Notes under the pieces: model-generated | Told to the model about the DNA's origin: nothing | Seen by the model: the letters and a program-made list of their open reading frames with translations, nothing else | The model's database searches: none | Program-made: the position numbers and the translations under genes | Source of the DNA: an uncultured Clostridium sp. | GTDB taxonomy: Bacteria; Bacillota_I; Bacilli_A; RF39; UBA660 | Assembly (NCBI GenBank): GCA_964652515.1 | Contig: CAZZAK010000002.1 | Location: forward strand, 1-34,241 | Direction: 5' to 3' | DNA: 34,241 nt | Shown: positions 18,166 to 25,865 of the stretch, in pieces | Position numbering within the stretch: position 1 is the first letter of the stretch | How the letters are laid out: each line of letters begins with the position of its first letter

Positions 18166-19599
18166 ATGATAAAACTAAATAAATTATTTAAATGTGATTA
18201 TGATGTAGATATTAATGGTATTTCTGTAAATAGTAAAGATACTAATCCAGGCGACTTGTTTGTATGTATTAAAGGTGCTACAGTAGATAGACATGATTTT
18301 ATAGATGAAGCTATAAAAAACGGTGCAGTAGCATTAGTAACTAGTCATCCTGTTGATAGTAGTGTTCCTTATGTGGTCGTGGATAATCCTAATTTAGAAG
18401 TTTCTAGATTGGCTAAATTAATATATGATAATCCATGTGATAAACTTCATATGTTAGGAGTTACTGGTACGGATGGAAAAACAAGTGTATCTACAATAGT
18501 ATCTAAATTAATTGGACAAGATAAATGTGGATATATGGGTACTAATGGATATGCTACTAGTAAGTTTAATAGAAAAACTGATAATACAACTCCTTCTGCT
18601 GATAAATTATATAAATATTTAGATGATATTTATGATGCAGGGTGTGATAGTGTTTGTATGGAATTATCTAGTGAATCTATGTTATTTAATAGAATTAATG
18701 ATTTATCTTTTGATGTTATTGGTCTTACTAATATAACAAGTGAACACTTGAATAATCATAAAACGTTAGATAATTATATAGAATGTAAGAAAAAAATATT
18801 GGGATTAGTAAAGAAAGATGGTTATGTTATTTTAAATCATGATGATAGTCACTATCAGAAATGCTTTGATTATGTTAAATGTAATATACTAACATATGGA
18901 AAAAGTTATGATTCAGATTTGCAAATAGTAGATTATAATTTAATGGTTAACAAAACTGATATTACATATAAATATAAGAATAAGACATATAATATATCTT
19001 CACCTTTAGTAGGAGAATTTAATGTTTATAATTTAGCTTGTGCACTTCTTATATGTATAGCTAATGGTTATGATATGGAAAAGTTAATTAATAACACTAA
19101 TTTACTACATGTTGATGGTAGAATGGAATTTATAAATTGTGGTCAAAACTTTAGTGTGATAGTAGACTATGCTCATACAGAAGCTGGTATTACTAAATTA
19201 CTTGAGTTTATTCATTCTCTTAAATATAATCATTTAATTGTAGTTATAGGTCAAGCTGGAGAAAGAGATACAGAGAAACGTTCTAAAGTTGGTAAGATAG
19301 TAGCTACTAATGCAGATATGGCAATATTTTGTTATGAAGATCCTCGGAGTGAGGATCCAGCTGATATTATTGATATGATGACTAAGGATATAAAAAATCT
19401 TAATAATTATAAAGTTATTATTGATAGAAGAAAAGCTATTAATTATGCTATTAATAATGCAAAGGAAAATGATATTGTTTTAGTACTTGGTAAGGGTAAT
19501 GAAGATTATCAAAAATTAAGGACTGGTACAATACATTTTAATGACATTGAAGAATGTAAGAAGGCATTAAATAATTTAAAAGTAGTAAATAATATATAA
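18166..19599 (+). CDS. murE: UDP-N-acetylmuramoyl-L-alanyl-D-glutamate : diamino-acid ligase (MurE)
   Basis: Canonical MurE domain 1 ('DLFVCIKGATVDRHDFIDEAIKNGAVALVT'). P-loop 'GVTGTDGKTS', 'DYAHTEAG' and 'GQAGERD'. Specificity motif reads 'EDPR' (19336-19347). Confidence 0.9.
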   Translation: MIKLNKLFKCDYDVDINGISVNSKDTNPGDLFVCIKGATVDRHDFIDEAIKNGAVALVTSHPVDSSVPYVVVDNPNLEVSRLAKLIYDNPCDKLHMLGVTGTDGKTSVSTIVSKLIGQDKCGYMGTNGYATSKFNRKTDNTTPSADKLYKYLDDIYDAGCDSVCMELSSESMLFNRINDLSFDVIGLTNITSEHLNNHKTLDNYIECKKKILGLVKKDGYVILNHDDSHYQKCFDYVKCNILTYGKSYDSDLQIVDYNLMVNKTDITYKYKNKTYNISSPLVGEFNVYNLACALLICIANGYDMEKLINNTNLLHVDGRMEFINCGQNFSVIVDYAHTEAGITKLLEFIHSLKYNHLIVVIGQAGERDTEKRSKVGKIVATNADMAIFCYEDPRSEDPADIIDMMTKDIKNLNNYKVIIDRRKAINYAINNAKENDIVLVLGKGNEDYQKLRTGTIHFNDIEECKKALNNLKVVNNI

Positions 19600-19625
19600 A
19601 AATTAATGGGAAAAGGGTAGTAATA

Positions 19626-20858
19626 ATGAAAAAATTAGGAATTAAAAAAATTATATTTATTGTATTGGGAATAACCATATTATTGGGTGTTAGTATTTAT
19701 TTTTTAGTATTTTATAATAAAACTATCGTATATAAATGTTCAAAAGGTTATACTCAACTTAGGTATTCTAATAAGAGGCTTAATAGGAAATATTGGTCTT
19801 GTAAATTAGCAGGCATATATAAGTGTAAAAATTGTACTGTTAGTGATAATGGCGATGATTATATATTTTTTATGCAATTGCGTGACGGGGAAAAGAAAGA
19901 TTTTGTAAATTCATATGATTATGTTATATTTAATACTAGTACAAAGGAGCAGATAGCTACTATTGAGAAGGCTTCTCCTGGGGATTTTTCACCTTTAGTT
20001 TATAATGATGGTAAATTGGTTGCTCTTAAATTAATAAAATATGATGCTGTCGATGGAAGTGGTCATTCTATTATATATAATTTGAATCAAAATAAAGAAA
20101 CAGTAGCATTAACTTCTGCAAGGGGATTTCATTCTCGTAAGTATGCTGTTTCTTTAAGCGAATATAAAATACTCAATTCTGAGGGTAATGAGGTAAATGA
20201 AGATAATATAGCAAATAATTTAATAATAACAACAGAGGCTGGTGGTAATAATGATAGTATTTTCGATTATCTTAAGTTTGGTTTGACAAATATTGAAACT
20301 GGGGAAGTAGTTATTCCTGTTGAAAATAAAGTGTTGTATAGAACAACTTATGGTAATTTTATAGGTATTATAGATACTCCTAGAAGCCCTATAATAAGTT
20401 TATATAATGCCAAAGGAGAATTGAAATATCAACAAGGTTTGCTTTTGCCAAATCCTGCTTTTGTTGTAGAAGATGCGGGGGATGATTATATTTTGGTTGA
20501 TAATCTAATAGATTATAACTCAAAATATTTTGAGTTAATGGATTATAATGGTAATAAAGTATCTAATAGTAAAATTTATTGGTCAGATATTATAAGTGAA
20601 TTGTTGAAGAAAATAAAACAAACAGAATATTATGATAAGTATGCTAATATTGATGATCTTTATATAATGGAAGCATATAAAACTGGTACTTTTAAGATTA
20701 ATTGTAGTTATGATGAAAATAGTTCTTTTGGTGATAAATTAGAATATATAACGTTTTCTTTGTTTGATGCATATGATACTAAAGCTTATAAACCTTTGAT
20801 TGCTTCAATCACTTATGAATTCAACATGACTAAGAATACTTTAAAAAAAATTGATTAA
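19626..20858 (+). CDS. Hypothetical membrane-anchored protein
   Basis: N-terminal TM ('IIFIVLGITILLGVSIYFLVF'), then a Cys-containing segment and a large domain I cannot assign. Lies 26 nt downstream of murE. Confidence 0.6.
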   Translation: MKKLGIKKIIFIVLGITILLGVSIYFLVFYNKTIVYKCSKGYTQLRYSNKRLNRKYWSCKLAGIYKCKNCTVSDNGDDYIFFMQLRDGEKKDFVNSYDYVIFNTSTKEQIATIEKASPGDFSPLVYNDGKLVALKLIKYDAVDGSGHSIIYNLNQNKETVALTSARGFHSRKYAVSLSEYKILNSEGNEVNEDNIANNLIITTEAGGNNDSIFDYLKFGLTNIETGEVVIPVENKVLYRTTYGNFIGIIDTPRSPIISLYNAKGELKYQQGLLLPNPAFVVEDAGDDYILVDNLIDYNSKYFELMDYNGNKVSNSKIYWSDIISELLKKIKQTEYYDKYANIDDLYIMEAYKTGTFKINCSYDENSSFGDKLEYITFSLFDAYDTKAYKPLIASITYEFNMTKNTLKKID

Positions 20859-20863
20859 TAAAT

Positions 20864-20894
20864 AAAAAAATCACATCATCTGATGTGTTTTTTT
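20864..20894. terminator. Bidirectional intrinsic terminator
   Basis: A-run, CACATCA (20872-20878) / TGATGTG (20881-20887), T-run. Sits between convergent genes and overlaps the DUF378 stop codon. Confidence 0.6.
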
Positions 20895-21087
20895 AATCTA
20901 GGTCATGCATAAGTAAGCCAATATTAACTAATCCTGAAGCAAGTACTAATACATATACTATTCTTGTTAATAATGCTCCATCTCCGAATAGGTATTCAAC
21001 TAAATTAAAGTTAAATAATCCTACTAATCCCCAGTTAATACATCCTACTATAGCAAGTATTAAAGTGGCTTTATATAATGTATTCAT
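20893..21087 (-). CDS. DUF378 small membrane protein
   Basis: Start moved to the ATG at 21087, 6 nt after GGAGG (plus-strand CCTCC 21094-21098). 'LILAIVGCINWGLVGLFNFNLVEYLFG' is the DUF378 signature. Confidence 0.8.
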   Translation of the reverse strand: MNTLYKATLILAIVGCINWGLVGLFNFNLVEYLFGDGALLTRIVYVLVLASGLVNIGLLMHDLD

Positions 21088-21195
21088 AATTTTCCTCCTT
21101 GATAATAATATTTTTACCAAAAATTATAAAATTATTCATCATAATAGAAAAAATGGTCCATATAATTACATAGAAAGATTTGAATGAGGTGAGAT

Positions 21196-22233
21196 ATGAA
21201 AAAAATCTTTTTGACAATACTTTTATGTGGATTATTTTTAACTGGATGTGGGAAAAAGGGAGAAAAGGCTGTTCTATCTGAATTTAAGGATACTGTTGAT
21301 AATACTAAATCGTATTATATTGAAGGACAAATGGAACTTGTGAATAATGAAGATATTTATACATATAATATATATGTATCATATCAAGCGGATGATTATT
21401 ATAAAATACAGTTAATTAATATTATTAATGATCATGAACAGATTATATTGCGAAATGGTGATGGAGTTTTTGTTGTTACGCCATCTTTGAATAAGAGCTT
21501 TAAATTTCAAAGTGATTGGCCTTATAATAATTCGCAAGTGTATTTGCTATCTAGTTTATTAGATGATATATCTAATGATAATGATAGAAAGTTTAGTTCT
21601 GATAGTAGTGGTTATATGTTTGAAACAAAGGTTAATTTCCCTAATAATCCTAAATTAGTTTCACAAAAAGTATATTTTGGTAATGATAATTTACCTAATA
21701 AGGTAGAAGTATTAGATAAAGATGGTAATGTGGAGATAAAGATGGTATTTAATAAGATAGATTTGTCTAAGAATTTTGATAGTAATTATTTTGAATTAAG
21801 TAGTATATTAGATACGAATAATGTTGAAGTTCCTGAAGATGTAACTGATGAAGATAATAAAGAGACAGAAGATAAAACAAAAGAAAGTGCTACTTTAGAT
21901 GATGTAATATATCCTATGTATTTACCAGCTAATACTTATCTAACTAATCAGGAAAAAGTATCTACAGAGGATGGTGAAAGACTTATATTAACGTTTACTG
22001 GCGATAGTTCATTTACAATAGTAGAAGAACCAGTAGTAGTATCTAAGTCCCCTGAAATAATTCCTACTTATGGTGATGTAGAACTTATTGGAGGATCACT
22101 CGCTGTTGTTAGCGAAACATCTCTAAATTGGTTTAGTAATGGTATTGAATATTATATTGCTAGTGATACTATGAAAACTAGTGAGTTATTAGAAGTTGCT
22201 AAATCTATAAGTGTATTACCTGTTGGTAAATAA
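21196..22233 (+). CDS. Lipoprotein, LolA-fold N-domain plus DUF4367-like C-domain (YdcC-like)
   Basis: Signal peptide with lipobox 'LFLTGC'. The LolA-like pattern 'YYKIQL...EQIILRNGDGVFVVTPSLNK' and the C-terminal 'YPMYLPANTYL' are fold-level recollections only. Confidence 0.6.
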   Translation: MKKIFLTILLCGLFLTGCGKKGEKAVLSEFKDTVDNTKSYYIEGQMELVNNEDIYTYNIYVSYQADDYYKIQLINIINDHEQIILRNGDGVFVVTPSLNKSFKFQSDWPYNNSQVYLLSSLLDDISNDNDRKFSSDSSGYMFETKVNFPNNPKLVSQKVYFGNDNLPNKVEVLDKDGNVEIKMVFNKIDLSKNFDSNYFELSSILDTNNVEVPEDVTDEDNKETEDKTKESATLDDVIYPMYLPANTYLTNQEKVSTEDGERLILTFTGDSSFTIVEEPVVVSKSPEIIPTYGDVELIGGSLAVVSETSLNWFSNGIEYYIASDTMKTSELLEVAKSISVLPVGK

Positions 22234-22238
22234 AAATG

Positions 22239-22266
22239 ACAAATACTTGATGTATTTGTTTTTTTA
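22239..22266 (+). terminator. Intrinsic terminator
   Basis: ACAAATAC (22239-22246), loop TTGAT, GTATTTGT (22252-22259), then a T-run. Confidence 0.7.
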
Positions 22267-22279
22267 ATAATTATTAGTG

Positions 22280-22288
22280 TGTTATAAT
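22280..22288 (+). promoter_or_regulatory. Extended -10 promoter element (TGtTATAAT)
   Basis: TG 22280-22281 and TATAAT 22283-22288, about 30 nt upstream of ATG 22318. No good -35. Confidence 0.45.
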
Positions 22289-22317
22289 AGAAAATAATTA
22301 TATTTTTGGAGGTAGTA

Positions 22318-23019
22318 ATGAGTAGTGATATTATGGAGTACCGTGAAGATTTATTGTTATTTGTTAAAAGTGTAATATTAAGATATTGTCCTAATGAAGA
22401 AGATAGGTGGAGTGATAGTCATATAAATCTACTAGATATAAATATTAATATTGGCAATAATTCGCAGATAATGTTTTTATTTGGTGACAAGAATTTTAAA
22501 GAAAGTCTCTCTGAGCGAGTAAAAACTGATCATATTATTGGTTTTGAAGATATAGGGAAAATAATAGACTTTATTTTAAGTGATCATGAAATAATTAGTG
22601 GTATGGGATATATAGATTCTTTATGTGAGGTTAATTTGACATTTGACATTAATTGGTCTCGTGAAAATCTTTCGGGAATTAGTTGTGGTACTATTTGCTT
22701 GAAATTAACATTTGCTAGTATGGAATTGGGGAGAAAGTATTTTTATTTATTAATCCAAAAATATTATGATTATTTGAAAAATACACCATCTTTTAAGAAA
22801 ATAGAGAATGCATATATTGATGGTGTAAAAAAAATATATTTTGATAATGCTTCTAGAGAAAAGATGATGGAATTATTAAAAGTAATGGATGATGAAGAAC
22901 TTAGAAAATTATTAGGTAATTTGGATAATGAGGTATTTAAAGAACTTGTAATTTCTAAGTGGCATAATGTTGATGATGAAGGTGACATTAAGGAAAGAAT
23001 TAGGGGATTACCGGGGTAA
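22318..23019 (+). CDS. Hypothetical cytoplasmic protein
   Basis: ATG 22318 lies 5 nt after GGAGG 22308-22312; the ORF-track start at 22306 is a TTG inside the RBS. No recognisable motif. Confidence 0.6.
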   Translation: MSSDIMEYREDLLLFVKSVILRYCPNEEDRWSDSHINLLDININIGNNSQIMFLFGDKNFKESLSERVKTDHIIGFEDIGKIIDFILSDHEIISGMGYIDSLCEVNLTFDINWSRENLSGISCGTICLKLTFASMELGRKYFYLLIQKYYDYLKNTPSFKKIENAYIDGVKKIYFDNASREKMMELLKVMDDEELRKLLGNLDNEVFKELVISKWHNVDDEGDIKERIRGLPG

Positions 23020-23024
23020 ATTCA

Positions 23025-23053
23025 TTGACTAGATAGACTATCGTTGGTATAAT
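23025..23053 (+). promoter_or_regulatory. Sigma-A-type promoter
   Basis: TTGACT 23025-23030, 17-nt spacer, TATAAT 23048-23053. Confidence 0.65.
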
Positions 23054-23075
23054 TTGTATGAAGGGAATGGCTAGT

Positions 23076-24116
23076 ATGAATGAGAAAGTGAAAGATTATT
23101 TTACTTTTAGAAATTTTTTAAAGTTATTAATAGTAATTAATATTATTTTAATTACTATTATTACTACTAAAGCGGTTTTAATGATAAAAGTATATAATGG
23201 CTTTTCTTCAGATGAAGTTGATAATGATGTGTCTGTTTATCAAAGTATTACTAGCTCTGAAGTTAAGAAGGGAATAGCAGCTTCTTCTTTAGTTAATTGT
23301 ATTAGTTCTAATATAGAAATAGAGAAATTGCCTACTGATATTACAGATATTATTGGGAATATAAATAATTACTATAAAAGTGATAGTCGTCACTTTGCAT
23401 TTAAGTATCAAGATATATATACTGGTTTTACAGTTAGTTATAATGAGAATGGTAAAATATATGGTGCTAGTACTGTTAAAGCTCCTTTAAGTATTTATAT
23501 TTATGAATTGGCTAGTAATGGTGAAATAGATCTTGATTCAGAATTAGTATATTATCCTCGTCATTATCTTGGTGGTACTGGTAAGATAAAAGATATGAAA
23601 CAAAATACATCTTTTAGTATTAGAGATTTAGTTGGTTATGCAATTAAGAATAGTGATAATATTGCTTATACGATGTTAATGGAAGAATATGGTAGAGTTA
23701 ATGTTTTAAATTTTTGGAATAATTTAGGTACAGAAACAATATTTACTACTAATACTAATTGGGGAGCAATATCAGCATTTGATGCTTCAATATATATGAA
23801 AGAACTATATGATTTTTATTTAAAAGATGATGAATATGGTAATGAACTTATGAATTATTTTTTGAATACAACATTTAAACCTCTTAGTGGTAAAAAATAT
23901 AATGTTGCTAATAAAAGTGGATGGGGTGATGGAGTTATACATGATGTTAGTATTGTATTTGCAGATAATCCATATATTCTTGTAGCTTTATCAACGTTAG
24001 GTGATGATGATAATTATCAAGATTATTTTAATTCTGTTAGTAGTTTAGCATATCAGTTACATCATGAATACTGGAAATATAAAATGGAATTGTGTTCTAA
24101 TATAATGCAATATTAA
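23076..24116 (+). CDS. Membrane-anchored serine hydrolase with class A beta-lactamase / PBP-like fold
   Basis: S-x-x-K 'GASTVKAP', S-D-N 'KNSDNIAY' and K-S-G 'NKSGWG' occur in the canonical order. N-terminal TM. The start is set to ATG 23076 because ATG 23058 lies only 4 nt after the -10 box. Confidence 0.75.
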   Translation: MNEKVKDYFTFRNFLKLLIVINIILITIITTKAVLMIKVYNGFSSDEVDNDVSVYQSITSSEVKKGIAASSLVNCISSNIEIEKLPTDITDIIGNINNYYKSDSRHFAFKYQDIYTGFTVSYNENGKIYGASTVKAPLSIYIYELASNGEIDLDSELVYYPRHYLGGTGKIKDMKQNTSFSIRDLVGYAIKNSDNIAYTMLMEEYGRVNVLNFWNNLGTETIFTTNTNWGAISAFDASIYMKELYDFYLKDDEYGNELMNYFLNTTFKPLSGKKYNVANKSGWGDGVIHDVSIVFADNPYILVALSTLGDDDNYQDYFNSVSSLAYQLHHEYWKYKMELCSNIMQY

Positions 24117-24135
24117 AAGGATTTATCCTTTTTTT
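24115..24135 (+). terminator. Possible weak terminator
   Basis: Short AAAAGGA / TCCTTTT hairpin followed by a T-run. Confidence 0.35.
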
Positions 24136-24178
24136 CTTTTTATTTATATGATATACTATTTAAGAAAGAGGAATATGT

Positions 24179-24463
24179 ATGAAAAGAGAAGAAGTAAATA
24201 AATTAGCTAAAACTTTATTATTTGAAGTTAGTGATAGTGAATATGAGGAAATAAATGAAGAGTTGGATAAAAACATTCATGATATAGAAAAAATAAATCA
24301 GGTATCTGGTATTAGTGATGTAGAACCTATGTTTTATCCTTTTGATATTGAAGTTAGTCCAAGAGAGGATAAGGTTATTGATGAGTTATCTAATGATGAG
24401 ATTCTTAGGAATGTGAAGAATAAACAATATAATCAAACTAAGTTACCAAGGGTGGTTGAATAG
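24179..24463 (+). CDS. gatC: Asp/Glu-tRNA(Asn/Gln) amidotransferase subunit C
   Basis: 94 aa. '...VEPMFYPFD...REDKV' has the typical GatC C-terminal pattern. Immediately upstream of gatA-gatB. A TGaTATACT extended -10 lies at 24149-24157. Confidence 0.85.
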   Translation: MKREEVNKLAKTLLFEVSDSEYEEINEELDKNIHDIEKINQVSGISDVEPMFYPFDIEVSPREDKVIDELSNDEILRNVKNKQYNQTKLPRVVE

Positions 24464-24464
24464 T

Positions 24465-25865
24465 ATGAATATAACTGATTTAAGAAATAAGATAGATAAT
24501 GATAAAGTAGATATTAAGGATATATTTTCAGACAGTGTTAATATGGCAAAGAAATATCAAGATGAATATAATTCTTTTGTAACAATATTGGATGATTATG
24601 AAGAAGTTAAATCCGATAGTATTTTATCTGGTATTCCATATGCATTAAAGGATAATGTATCTACTAAAGGTATTTTAACTACTGCTTCTTCTAAAATACT
24701 TTCTGATTATATTCCTGTTTATGATGCTACTGTATATAAAAAATTAAAAGATTCTGGAGCTATTTTAGTAGGAAAAACAGTAATGGATGAACTTGCTATG
24801 GGAGGTACTGGTATGACAGGTCATACTGGTATTGTTCATAATCCATATGATAAAGATAGGATGACTGGAGGATCTTCTGCTGGTAGTGCTGCTTGTGTTA
24901 AGTTAGGAATAGTCCCTTTTGCCATAGGCTCTGATACTGGTGACTCTGTTAGAAAACCAGCTGCTTATACTGGTACTGTTGGTTTTAAACCAACTTATGG
25001 ACGAATATCTAGATATGGGTTACTACCTTATGCATCATCTTTGGATACTGTTGGTGTTATTGCTAATAATGTTTATGATGTGGCAGTTGTTACAGATGTT
25101 ATTAAAGGTAGAGACCCTCGTGATATGACTAGTTTACCTGATGATAATATTAAATATGTAGATAATTTGGATAATGATATTAAGGGAAAGAAATTGTTTT
25201 ATATTAAAGAAATGGTAGATAAAAGTTTATATGGTGAAGAGACTAAGGAAATATTAGATAAATTTGATAAAATGATAGAAAAATGTAAGGAATTAGGTAT
25301 GGAAGTATATGAAGAAAGTGTACATAAGGAATTATTAGAATTAATATATCCTGCATACATGGCTATATCTAATGCTGAAGCTACAAGTAATGATGCTAAT
25401 TTAACTGGTATTCATTTTGGTAATACTATTCCTGGCAAGACAGTAGAAGAAATTATTTCTAATACTAGAACCAATGGTTTTTCTAGTTCTATTAAAAGAA
25501 GATTTATTATAGGAAGTTATATTCTAAACAAAGAAAATCAAGATAGGTTATTTTTAAATGCTTGTAGGTTAAGAAGAATGATTGTGGATAAAATGAACCT
25601 TCTATTTAAAAAATATGATGCTATGATTTTACCTACTACTGAAACTATTGCTCCTAGGATGGATGAAAAAATAGAATTTAAAGAAGAAAAATATATGCTT
25701 TTAGATAGACATTTAATTATAGGTAATTTTGGTGGTTATCCTAGTATTACTATACCATGTGGTGAAGTTAGTAATATGCCTATTGGTTTATCTATTACTG
25801 GTCGTGTGTATGAAGATGCTTTAGTTTTAAATATAGCTTATAAGTTAGAGGGGGGTATTAAATAA
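24465..25865 (+). CDS. gatA: Asp/Glu-tRNA(Asn/Gln) amidotransferase subunit A
   Basis: Amidase signature 'GGSSAGSAA' and 'GSDTGDSVRKPAAYTG'. ATG 24465 lies 9 nt after AAGGGTGG; the ORF-track start at 24456 is a TTG. Confidence 0.9.
   Translation: MNITDLRNKIDNDKVDIKDIFSDSVNMAKKYQDEYNSFVTILDDYEEVKSDSILSGIPYALKDNVSTKGILTTASSKILSDYIPVYDATVYKKLKDSGAILVGKTVMDELAMGGTGMTGHTGIVHNPYDKDRMTGGSSAGSAACVKLGIVPFAIGSDTGDSVRKPAAYTGTVGFKPTYGRISRYGLLPYASSLDTVGVIANNVYDVAVVTDVIKGRDPRDMTSLPDDNIKYVDNLDNDIKGKKLFYIKEMVDKSLYGEETKEILDKFDKMIEKCKELGMEVYEESVHKELLELIYPAYMAISNAEATSNDANLTGIHFGNTIPGKTVEEIISNTRTNGFSSSIKRRFIIGSYILNKENQDRLFLNACRLRRMIVDKMNLLFKKYDAMILPTTETIAPRMDEKIEFKEEKYMLLDRHLIIGNFGGYPSITIPCGEVSNMPIGLSITGRVYEDALVLNIAYKLEGGIK

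Noticed and set aside
19339-19357. GC-rich 7-bp inverted repeat GATCCTC-N5-GAGGATC inside murE.
   Set aside because: It is explained by the coding sequence itself: the peptide E-D-P-R-S-E-D-P uses gat-cct ... gag-gat-cc. There is no flanking regulatory context.
15105-19599. ATP-grasp plus Mur-ligase genes as a split cyanophycin-synthetase-like (CphA) or poly-gamma-glutamate system.
   Set aside because: The Mur ligase has a complete canonical MurE N-terminal UDP-binding domain and MurE-specific motifs. The ATP-grasp protein resembles COG3919/Asl rather than the CphA G-domain. No CapB/C/A-like genes are present.
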